A DNA stretch of 64,000 bases, taken from contig JADGQS010000001.1 of assembly GCA_017881585.1 (NCBI GenBank), positions 932-64,931 on the forward strand, in the 5' to 3' direction. Of the stretch, positions 45,700 to 56,045 are shown piece by piece. The position numbers and the translations under genes were made by a program. Under the pieces are notes generated by a model. That model worked only from the letters and a program-made list of their open reading frames with translations. It was not told the DNA's origin and made no database searches. Within the stretch, counting starts at the first letter, position 1; each line of letters starts with the position of its first letter. The DNA is from Gemmatimonadaceae bacterium. Lineage in GTDB: Bacteria > Gemmatimonadota > Gemmatimonadetes > Gemmatimonadales > Gemmatimonadaceae.

Positions 45700-46251
45700 A
45701 TGCGCATCAAGCTGCTCTTGAGTTCCTGTTTTCTCGCCGTTGTGTTTCTCGCGGTCGCGCTGCGCGGCACGTGGGGAAGCGGAATGGCGGAAGACGGCAC
45801 GCGATTCGACGTGTCGCTGCACGGCGTGTCGCACGTGCTGCATCCGAAGGTCCGGCGGTCGGCGAGCAAGGACTGCACCTATCTCACCGGCAAGGGCGCG
45901 GTGGAGTACTGCGCGCCGGCGCCCGAAGGTGACGCCCCGTTTTCCATGCTGTGCTCCGTCTTTCCGCTGATCCTGTCGGGCCTCGGGCTCGCGTTCGCGT
46001 CGGGGCTGGTCACATACGTCTCGCCGTATCGCGCGAAGGGAACTTCGGCGGCGCTCGCGGCGGCTGGTCTCGCGGCGGTGTTCATCGGAACCGTGGTCGC
46101 GCAACTTTCGATGCAGCGCGCGCTCAAAGTGTTCGAGGAGATTCCGCTGTACTTCGGCGGTCTCGCGTTTGCGTCCGTCTGGATTGCGATGGGGTTTCTG
46201 TTCTTCGTAGCCGCGCTTTCGACCACGAGCACGATGCTGCGGCTCGACTAA
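45700..46251 (+). CDS. Hypothetical membrane protein
   Basis: The last 183 codons of tracked ORF 44005..46251, starting at ATG 45700, encode four hydrophobic helices ([70 protein letters not shown]). No family recognised. Confidence 0.5.
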   Translation: MRIKLLLSSCFLAVVFLAVALRGTWGSGMAEDGTRFDVSLHGVSHVLHPKVRRSASKDCTYLTGKGAVEYCAPAPEGDAPFSMLCSVFPLILSGLGLAFASGLVTYVSPYRAKGTSAALAAAGLAAVFIGTVVAQLSMQRALKVFEEIPLYFGGLAFASVWIAMGFLFFVAALSTTSTMLRLD

Positions 46252-46521
46252 CGGCCGAAACTCGTTCCGCGTCCCCTCTTGCGCCGCACGTGTTACCAAG
46301 CAACTTTTTCGTTCGTCAGAATGTGGAACGCGTGACGCGCGGGCGGACACCCGGCGTTGCGCCCTTCGGAGGCTCATGGCAGCAACGCCAGGACCCAACA
46401 TCCAGCGTCTATCGCCACGATCGCGACCCGCGATCGTCGGCTGGAGTCTCCGCCCCATAACCGCCACCCCGCCCGGGATTCGTGCCCCGATGCGGGGTGT
46501 CGTCTTTTACGGCGAGGTGTC

Positions 46522-46926
46522 ATGTCTCACCGGAGCGTCTACCGCGTCGCACTGCCCCGTGCACCCCGTGGTCTGGCCCGCCATCACCGTAGAGTGCTCG
46601 CCCAACACCACAAGCGGCACGTCAAGCGTGCGACTTTCCGTGATTGCGGGAGGCGCTGTGTCTACTGCGGTACGTCCCTTGGGCTAGAGGACGCGACGCT
46701 CGACCACGTCTTTCCGCTCTCGAAGGGCGGCAACCACGCCGCGGGCAACCTGGTCGCGGCGTGCTCGGCCTGCAACCAGCTGAAGGGGGCGATGCTGCCG
46801 ACGGAATTCTTCGCGCGCTACCCGTGGGCGGGTGCCAACTTCATGCGCTACGCACGTGCCGTGCACCGGACGCTGAAGCGTGGGGCTCGGAGGGCAGTGA
46901 GCCTGGCATACGCTGAGGCGGCGTAG
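46522..46926 (+). CDS. Small stand-alone HNH endonuclease
   Basis: CVYCG..LDHVFPLSKGG..AGNLVAACSACNQLKG is the HNH/McrA-type motif. Start at ATG 46522. Confidence 0.8.
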   Translation: MSHRSVYRVALPRAPRGLARHHRRVLAQHHKRHVKRATFRDCGRRCVYCGTSLGLEDATLDHVFPLSKGGNHAAGNLVAACSACNQLKGAMLPTEFFARYPWAGANFMRYARAVHRTLKRGARRAVSLAYAEAA

Positions 46927-46931
46927 GAAAC

Positions 46932-47849
46932 CTAAAACGAGTAAACGGTTTTTGGTCGTTGGTCATTGGTGATTAGCCATGGCGCTCGCGCTCCCTTCTG
47001 GGGGCGGGGCGCCATTTGCTCTTTCATGAGCATGACCTTCTTTCGTTCGATGCCCCAGGCGTAGCCGCCGAGTTCGCCGGTTGAGCGGATCACGCGGTGA
47101 CAGGGGATCAGCCAGCTCACTGGATTGCTTCCCACGGCGCTGCCCACGGCGCGTGATGCGCCGGGCGAGTGCAACGACTCGGCAATGTCACCGTAGGTGG
47201 TGACGCCGCCGTCGGGAATTTGCAGCAGCGCCTCCCACACCTTCAGCTGAAAGTTCGTCCCCTTGATGTGCAGGGAGAGCGGCGGGAGTTTCGCGCGGCC
47301 GCCGATCGGGAACGCCCTCGCGACCGTCTCGCGCGTCGCATCCTGATCGGCGCGAAGGTCGGCGCGCGGCCAGTCGTGACGCAGGCGCTCGAGCGCTTTG
47401 TGGCGCGTCACCGGATTCACGAACGCGAGATGGCAGATGCCGCGCGGCGTGATCGCGATGAGGCACTCGCCGAACGGCGATGGATGAAACCCGAACTTCA
47501 CCACGAGCCCCTCGCCCGCCTTTTGGTACTCGCCGGGCGACACGGCCTCCGCATTCACGATCAGGTCGTGCAGCCGCGACGATCCGGAGAGCCCGGCCTC
47601 GTAGCTCGCGTCGAGCACGCTGCGGTTTTCGCGCAGCAGGCGCTTCACGACCTGTGCGGTCCGGTGCTGGAGGAAACGCTTCGGGCTGATGCCCGCCCAG
47701 CGCGTGAACATCCGCTGAAAGTGGGCGGGGCTGAGTCCGACGTGTTTCGCGATGTCGCCAAGCTCGGGCTGCACGGCGCGGTTCGCATCGAGATAGCGAA
47801 TCGCCTTCTCGATCCTCGAGTAATCGGCGTTCATGGTGTCAGCAGGCAT
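46932..47849 (-). CDS. Ada-like bifunctional protein: AraC-type HTH plus methylated-DNA-protein-cysteine methyltransferase
   Basis: HVGLSPAHFQRMFTRWAGISPKRF (AraC HTH) and TYGDIA..VGSNPVSWLIPCHRVI (PCHR active site). The C-terminal tail ends with the repeat-encoded ITNDQRPKTVYSF. Confidence 0.85.
   Translation of the reverse strand: MPADTMNADYSRIEKAIRYLDANRAVQPELGDIAKHVGLSPAHFQRMFTRWAGISPKRFLQHRTAQVVKRLLRENRSVLDASYEAGLSGSSRLHDLIVNAEAVSPGEYQKAGEGLVVKFGFHPSPFGECLIAITPRGICHLAFVNPVTRHKALERLRHDWPRADLRADQDATRETVARAFPIGGRAKLPPLSLHIKGTNFQLKVWEALLQIPDGGVTTYGDIAESLHSPGASRAVGSAVGSNPVSWLIPCHRVIRSTGELGGYAWGIERKKVMLMKEQMAPRPQKGARAPWLITNDQRPKTVYSF
46941..46976 (-). repeat. GTAAACGG+TTGGTC-hexamer repeat forming the C-terminal tail of the Ada/Ogt gene
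   Basis: gtaaacggtttttggtcgttggtcattggtgattag. Read as LITNDQRPKTVY. Confidence 0.8.
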
Positions 47850-47932
47850 CGTTGTATCCGTGTTCGGGTGACGCCTGCATCCTATCGCTCTCGGACATCC
47901 GGCTCAATCCGATTCGTGCGGTCTCGCAAGAG

Positions 47933-49744
47933 CTAGTAATCGACGGGCCGGAGATACGATTCGCCGATCGCGGCGCCACTGATCATCGCCACCGTCGGCA
48001 GCTTTCGCTTCCAGTGCGTGCCATCGAGACGCTTGCGCACGATCTCCACTTCCGCGGCGTTGAATCCGCGGCCGGCGAGGTCTGCGGCGGTGTAACCGTT
48101 CAGCAGCCAGTTCAGGATCACGTCGGCTTTGGCGTAGCTGATTCCGAAGTCGCCTTCGTCCGTCTGCCCGGAAACGAGATCGGCGGAGGCCGGTTTCTCG
48201 ATGATTTCCAGCGGCACGCCAAGATGGCGCGCGAGCGCCCACAGCTGAGTCTTGAAGAGGTCGCCGATGGGATTCACCGGCGGCGAGTCGTCCGCGTGCC
48301 AGGTGAAGTAGCCTAGTAGCCGCTCACTCTTGTTGCCGGTGCCGAGCGGGAGCGCGTGGTGCTTCGCGCTCAGGTCGAACAGCGCGATCATGCGCACGCG
48401 CGCCATGACGTTGCCGCGGCGGGCGGCGTCGGCGTCGGGCTCCTGCTGGAGGTAGCCGTCGACGGCGGCGCTGATGTCGAGCGTGCGCGATTCGATGCCG
48501 AGGGCGTCGATGACGCGCTGCGCGTGCGTGAGCGAGTCGGCACTCGACGTGCGGTAGGGCATCCGGACGCCGATCACGTTCTTGGGGCCGAGCGCACGCG
48601 CGGCGAGCGTGGCGACGACGGCGGAATCGACGCCGCCGGAGACACCGACCACGGCTCTTTGGAAACCGCGTCTGCCGAACTCGTCCTTCAGGAACGCGAC
48701 GAGCCACGACTCGAGAAGCGCGGGATCGATCTCGAGCGGAGGAGGCGCGCCGCGGGAGAGATCGCCGCCGGCGACGACTGTCAGCGAAGACGGAGTCGTG
48801 GACGGGGCGGTCTCCTGCGAAACCGGGTAAACGGTTGTTGGTCGTTGGTCGTTGGTGCTTGGCGAACTGCCATCCAACGACCGCTCCAACTCCGACATCA
48901 GCTTCGGCAGCATCGTGCGCATGTCGGACAACAACGGCGAGTCGGCGCGCGCTTTCGTGATGTCGTCGAGATCCACGCTCGCGGTGAGCAGCGACTCCTC
49001 GAACGCCGGCGCCTTCGCGCGCGTGTCGCCGCGGGGGCCGATCACGAGCGAACCGCCCTGGAACATGCGGCCGCCCTCGCTGCCGACGAGACTGCCGAGC
49101 GTCACGAACACGCCGTGCTCTTCCGCGATGTCGCGGATCAGCCGATCCCAGCGCGCGATGCTGCCCGGAACGGAGGCGCCGTCGGTGCGCTCGAACGCGC
49201 CCCGCGCGGGAGAGGCCGATGAGACGAACAGCACGTGCGCGCCGTCGAGCGCGGCAATCAGCCCGGTGAGCGAGTGCCACGCATCTTCGCACACCAGCAT
49301 CGCCGCGCGTCCCCATGGCGCGTCGAACGCGCGAATCGAATATCCGCGCTCCACGAACCGCTCTTCATCGAACAGGCCGTAGGTCGGAAGGAATGTCTTC
49401 CGATGAAGGTGCAGGATCTCGGCGGTGCTTCCGCAGCGCACGTAGGCCATGCTGTTGTGCAGGTCGCCCTCGCGCTTCTCGTAGAATCCGATCACCGCGT
49501 CGATCGGCGGGCCCTGATACGCCGCCGCGATTCCGGCGGCCAGCTCCGCGGCGCTGAGCGCCATCTCGCGCACGCCGCCCTCCACGAAGTACCCGGAGAG
49601 CGCGGTCTCGGGAAACTGCACCACGTGCGGGCGCGGATCGAGCGCAGCCGCCTGCGCGAGCACCTCGCCCACCCGGCGAAGGTTGCCCTGAACGTCCCCC
49701 TTCCGCGGGCGGAACTGGGCTATGGCGATGTGCAGAAGCGGCAT
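47933..49744 (-). CDS. nadE: Glutamine-dependent NAD+ synthetase
   Basis: N-terminal CN-hydrolase domain (IAQF.., MLVCEDAWH) and C-terminal PP-loop VVGVSGGVDSAV. Start ATG 49744. Confidence 0.9.
   Translation of the reverse strand: MPLLHIAIAQFRPRKGDVQGNLRRVGEVLAQAAALDPRPHVVQFPETALSGYFVEGGVREMALSAAELAAGIAAAYQGPPIDAVIGFYEKREGDLHNSMAYVRCGSTAEILHLHRKTFLPTYGLFDEERFVERGYSIRAFDAPWGRAAMLVCEDAWHSLTGLIAALDGAHVLFVSSASPARGAFERTDGASVPGSIARWDRLIRDIAEEHGVFVTLGSLVGSEGGRMFQGGSLVIGPRGDTRAKAPAFEESLLTASVDLDDITKARADSPLLSDMRTMLPKLMSELERSLDGSSPSTNDQRPTTVYPVSQETAPSTTPSSLTVVAGGDLSRGAPPPLEIDPALLESWLVAFLKDEFGRRGFQRAVVGVSGGVDSAVVATLAARALGPKNVIGVRMPYRTSSADSLTHAQRVIDALGIESRTLDISAAVDGYLQQEPDADAARRGNVMARVRMIALFDLSAKHHALPLGTGNKSERLLGYFTWHADDSPPVNPIGDLFKTQLWALARHLGVPLEIIEKPASADLVSGQTDEGDFGISYAKADVILNWLLNGYTAADLAGRGFNAAEVEIVRKRLDGTHWKRKLPTVAMISGAAIGESYLRPVDY
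48827..48862 (-). repeat. GTAAACGG+TTGGTC-hexamer repeat inside the nadE interdomain linker
   Basis: gtaaacggttgttggtcgttggtcgttggtgcttgg. Read as PSTNDQRPTTVY. Confidence 0.8.
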
Positions 49745-49806
49745 CGTCCTAAAGTTCGCACGTTCGACCGGTGACGGGCAACGCCGCCTGGGGTACAATA
49801 CACGAG

Positions 49807-51855
49807 ATGCGCCTTCGTCCCGCCCTGAGATTCCGTTTCGTGGCCGTCGCCGCCTTCGTCGCGGCCGGCCCGGGCGTTGTGCACGCACAAGTCCAGCCGG
49901 CGGCGCCAAAAGCCCCCAAGAGCACCGGGCAGGCGTGGCAGATCGTCACGCCGCCGCAGTCCTCGCTGGTCTATGCGCGCGACGGCTCCCTCATTGGCGA
50001 GATCGGAACGGAATGGCGCACGAGCGTCTCCATCCGCACGCTGCCCAAGTATGTGGGCGAAGCGTTCATTGCCGTCGAGGACAAGCGATTCTACCAGCAC
50101 AACGGCGTGGACGTGGTCGGCATCGCAAGCGCCATCAAGGACGATCTCCTCGGCGCGTCGCGCGGCGCGAGCACCATCACGCAGCTGCTCGTCGGCAACA
50201 TGCACCCGGACCTCATCGACCGCCGCGACAAGTCGCTGTCGCGCAAGCTGCGCGAGCAGAGCGCGGCGCGGGAGATGGAGCGCCATTACAACAAGGAGCA
50301 GATCCTCGAGGCGTTCCTGAACCAGATCAGCTTCGGGCACGGCTGGTACGGCATCGAGTCCGCGGCACGCCACTATTTCGGAAAGTCGGCGGCACAGTTG
50401 ACGATCGCCGAGGCCGCTACTCTCGCCGCGATGCCGAAGGGGCCGGCGGTCTACGATCCCGCGAAATATCCCGATCGCGCGAAGAATCGTCGTGACGCGA
50501 TCCTCGGATTGATGGCGAAGCAGAAGTACATCACACCGGGCGAGGCGGCCGCGGCAAAGGCAGAACCGGTGCGCACCGCGCCCAACGGCGGAGTCTCTGC
50601 GCCGTCGCCGTATTTCATCGATGTGGTGCGCGTGCAGGCCGAGCGAGCGGGCGTCGCCGTTTCAACGGGCGGATATCGCATCTACACGACGCTCGATCCC
50701 GCACTGCAGCGCGCCGCCGTGCAAGCGCTGGCCGAGGGAACCGCCGAGGTCGAGCGCCGTCGCGGCTACCGTCACCCGACCTACGCGTCGCACGCGAAGG
50801 GAAGCACCGAGTACCTGCAGGGCGCGGTCGTCGCGATCGATCCGTCCTCCGGCGACGTGAAAGCGCTCGTCGGCGGACGCAACTATCAGGAGTCGCCGTT
50901 CAATCGCGCCGTGAGCGGCCTGCGGCAGCCGGGCTCGAGCTTCAAGCCGTTCGTCTACGCGCGCGCCCTCATGGACTCGTTGCCGCCGAACGCGATCGTC
51001 GGCGACACCGCGATCGATATTCGTTACGACCAGCAGTCGTACCGCCCGAGGAACTCGGACGACAAGTTCATGGGGAACATCACCCTGCGCGAGGCGATCA
51101 CCTTCTCGCGCAATCCCGTCGCCGTCCAGCTCTGGATGAAGTACGGCGCCGACTCGATCATCGCGCTCGCCCGGCGATTCGGCATCAACACGCCGATCTC
51201 GCCGTATCCCGCCAGCGCGATCGGCGCGTCGGAAGTGCACCCGCTCGATTTCATCGCAGCCTACACGGCGTTCGACAACCTCGGCACGCCGATGGTGCCG
51301 CGGTTCGTCTATCGCGTCGACGATCGCTCCGGCAAGACGCTTTGGAGCCAGGGCGTGGCCTCGCTCCCTCCGGCCCTCGATCCGCAGGTCGCGTTCATCC
51401 TCCGCGACATGATGCGCGACGTCGTCGAGCGCGGCACGGCGACGTCGGTGCGCCGCTACCTGCCGCCGAGCGTGCCCGTCGCGGGCAAGACAGGCACCAC
51501 CGACGACAACACCGACGTGTGGTTCGTGGGAGTGACGCCTGATATCGTGGCAGGAGTCTGGCTCGGGTTCGACAAGCCGAGGTCGATCGCCGAACATGGC
51601 GTGGCCGGAGGGTCGCTGGCCGCGCCGGTGTTCGCGCAGATGCTTGCGCAGGCAGGATATACGCACCCTGGCTCAATCTGGGAGGCGCCGTCAGGCCTGG
51701 TCACGGCCGAGCTCGACCGCCACACCGGAAAGCTCGCCGACGCGTCGACTCCTGCCGAACGCCGCTATACCGAGTACTTTCTTGCTGGCACGGAGCCTGG
51801 TGCGCTTCGTGTCGATGTGCGCCGGTTGTTCGTCCTTGGCCCGATCATGTTTTAG
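49807..51855 (+). CDS. Class A penicillin-binding protein (PBP1A-type transglycosylase/transpeptidase)
   Basis: GT51 motif EDKRFYQHNGVD. Transpeptidase SSFKP (SxxK), SRN, KTGTT. Signal/anchor FVAVAAFVAAGPGV. Confidence 0.9.
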   Translation: MRLRPALRFRFVAVAAFVAAGPGVVHAQVQPAAPKAPKSTGQAWQIVTPPQSSLVYARDGSLIGEIGTEWRTSVSIRTLPKYVGEAFIAVEDKRFYQHNGVDVVGIASAIKDDLLGASRGASTITQLLVGNMHPDLIDRRDKSLSRKLREQSAAREMERHYNKEQILEAFLNQISFGHGWYGIESAARHYFGKSAAQLTIAEAATLAAMPKGPAVYDPAKYPDRAKNRRDAILGLMAKQKYITPGEAAAAKAEPVRTAPNGGVSAPSPYFIDVVRVQAERAGVAVSTGGYRIYTTLDPALQRAAVQALAEGTAEVERRRGYRHPTYASHAKGSTEYLQGAVVAIDPSSGDVKALVGGRNYQESPFNRAVSGLRQPGSSFKPFVYARALMDSLPPNAIVGDTAIDIRYDQQSYRPRNSDDKFMGNITLREAITFSRNPVAVQLWMKYGADSIIALARRFGINTPISPYPASAIGASEVHPLDFIAAYTAFDNLGTPMVPRFVYRVDDRSGKTLWSQGVASLPPALDPQVAFILRDMMRDVVERGTATSVRRYLPPSVPVAGKTGTTDDNTDVWFVGVTPDIVAGVWLGFDKPRSIAEHGVAGGSLAAPVFAQMLAQAGYTHPGSIWEAPSGLVTAELDRHTGKLADASTPAERRYTEYFLAGTEPGALRVDVRRLFVLGPIMF

Positions 51856-51863
51856 GAGTGTCG

Positions 51864-53087
51864 ATGCAATTCACGTGGGTACAGAAGCTCTCCATCGGAA
51901 CCGGTGCGGCGCTCGGACTCCTGGCGCTGATGGGCTTCGTCTCGTACGTGAGCATCCACCAGATGATCGGCGGCCAGCAGGCGGTCGCCGCGACCAATAC
52001 GAACATCTCGCGCCTCGACGTCGTGGTCGCCCGCACGGTCGACGCCGAGAACGCGCAGCGCGGCTTCGTCACGACGGCCGACGAGCAGTACCTCGAGCCG
52101 CTCAACGCGGCGTTCAGCGACGTCGAAGATGCGATTCAGGGCTTGATGAAGGCGACCGAGGATGATCCCGACCAGCGCCACAATCTCGACAAGCTCGCTC
52201 CCATGGTCTCGAAGCGGTTCAAGGAAATCAACGCCGTCATCGCCATGCGCAAGCGCGCGGGACTCGATTCCGCGGTGGCGGCGCTCAAGGGTCAGAGCGC
52301 CGTGCGCGGACGCGACGGCATCGGTCCCATCGCCACGAAGATGCGCGACGAAGAACTGCGCGTGCTCGGCGAGCGTACGCGCGCGATGACCACCACCGGC
52401 AGCACGGCGCTTCGAGTGATCCTCGGCGGTTCGATCTTCGCGCTCATTCTCGCGCTGTTCGCGCTGCAGCCGCTGCGTCCGAGCGTGGAGCGCCGCCTCA
52501 CCCAGCGGCTCTCGCAAGTGCTCGTCGCCCCGCTTCCCGAGCTGCAGTTGACGATGACCGAGGCGGCGCGCCACGCGGGCGACCGGCTCGTGCGCCTCCA
52601 GCAGGTGATTGCCGCGCTGAACGGTCCGGCGACGAAGGCGGACGTCGCACAGGCGCTGCTCGCGCGTGGTGCACCGCCGCTCGTGGCGAGCCTCGGTCTG
52701 GTGGCCGTCGGCGATACGTCGTCGCTGACGGTCCTTCGCGCGCTCGGCGACGTGGTGCCGCATCTCGCGGTGGGATCGACGGTGCCCTCGAATCTCGTCG
52801 CGCCGCTCGCGGAATCGCTCCGCACGCGCGAGCCGGTGGTGATCGAGTCGCGCGCGGAACGCTCGGCACGCTTTCCGTCGCTCGCGAGATTCTCGGAGAC
52901 CGGCACGTCCGATGGGGCGTTCGTCGCGGTGCCGCTCGTGGAGGACGACAACTCGTACGGCGCGCTGCTGCTCGCGTTCGCGGACAATCGGGTGTTCAGC
53001 GACGACGAACGAGCGTATCTGGCGACGCTCGGACGGCTGGGCGGGCAGGCGATCGCGCGGGCAGGGGCGTTCGAGCCGGGAGCATAA
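51864..53087 (+). CDS. CHASE3-domain sensor with a C-terminal GAF-like domain and no recognisable output domain
   Basis: TM - periplasmic CHASE3-like region (AENAQRGFVTTADEQYLEP..) - TM (LRVILGGSIFALILALFAL) - GAF-like end (AFVAVPLVEDDNSYGALLLAF). AGGAG lies 5 nt before ATG 51864. Confidence 0.7.
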   Translation: MQFTWVQKLSIGTGAALGLLALMGFVSYVSIHQMIGGQQAVAATNTNISRLDVVVARTVDAENAQRGFVTTADEQYLEPLNAAFSDVEDAIQGLMKATEDDPDQRHNLDKLAPMVSKRFKEINAVIAMRKRAGLDSAVAALKGQSAVRGRDGIGPIATKMRDEELRVLGERTRAMTTTGSTALRVILGGSIFALILALFALQPLRPSVERRLTQRLSQVLVAPLPELQLTMTEAARHAGDRLVRLQQVIAALNGPATKADVAQALLARGAPPLVASLGLVAVGDTSSLTVLRALGDVVPHLAVGSTVPSNLVAPLAESLRTREPVVIESRAERSARFPSLARFSETGTSDGAFVAVPLVEDDNSYGALLLAFADNRVFSDDERAYLATLGRLGGQAIARAGAFEPGA

Positions 53088-53117
53088 CCGCCGAGCAGTT
53101 CACGGCTTTCGGTTGTC

Positions 53118-53272
53118 GCAACAAAGGGGATGAGTTAGCGGTCTTTGGTTCTTGGTTTCGAGAGAACGGCGACGGGACCGGTCGGTGCGCGGAATGAACT
53201 GCGCTCGACCTGTCCCGTCGCCGTTTTTTCAATACCAACACCCGTTGGCCGTTAACTCATCCCCTTTGTTGC
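53118..53272. repeat. Nested palindromic element with a terminator-like core, copy B (between convergent CHASE3 and lon genes)
   Basis: Outer arms GCAACAAAGGGGATGAGTTAGCGG (53118-53141) / CCGTTAACTCATCCCCTTTGTTGC (53249-53272), 23/24 complementary. Inner 20-bp stem 53165-53184 / 53206-53225 (one G-T), then TTTTTT. The loop is the reverse complement of the copy A loop. Confidence 0.85.
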
Positions 53273-53304
53273 GATAACTCACTGCCGTCAACAGCAGTGC
53301 AGTC

Positions 53305-55869
<2,565 letters not shown>

Positions 55870-56045
55870 GACCATCCGTACCCTGCAAGGGACGTTCCAA
55901 CCGGAGTTACGACATAAAGGCGGGGATTGCAACTTTCGTATGCCGTCATGACGTAGGGACTGTCAGCCTGGGGGACCGCGGCGAAAAGTGCGGATTCTCT
56001 TCAGCCGAGGCCTCTCTGCCTTGTATCCTTGTACGGCGCGGTGCT

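Noticed and set aside
45658-46467. 270-codon N-terminal extension of the E1 alpha/beta ORF. Analogous 5' extensions occur at 8537-9070, 12944-13567, 17570-18076, 27216-27818 and 23751-24347.
   Set aside because: The extensions are Arg-rich. They overlap other well-supported genes or repeats, and conserved protein sequence begins at an internal start codon. I trimmed the starts accordingly.
46522-46926. The HNH gene as an IscB/Cas9-like RNA-guided nuclease, a homing endonuclease in an intron, or part of a restriction system
   Set aside because: The protein is only ~135 aa with a bare HNH motif and no RuvC or bridge-helix segments. There are no intron boundaries, methyltransferase or mobile-element genes around it.
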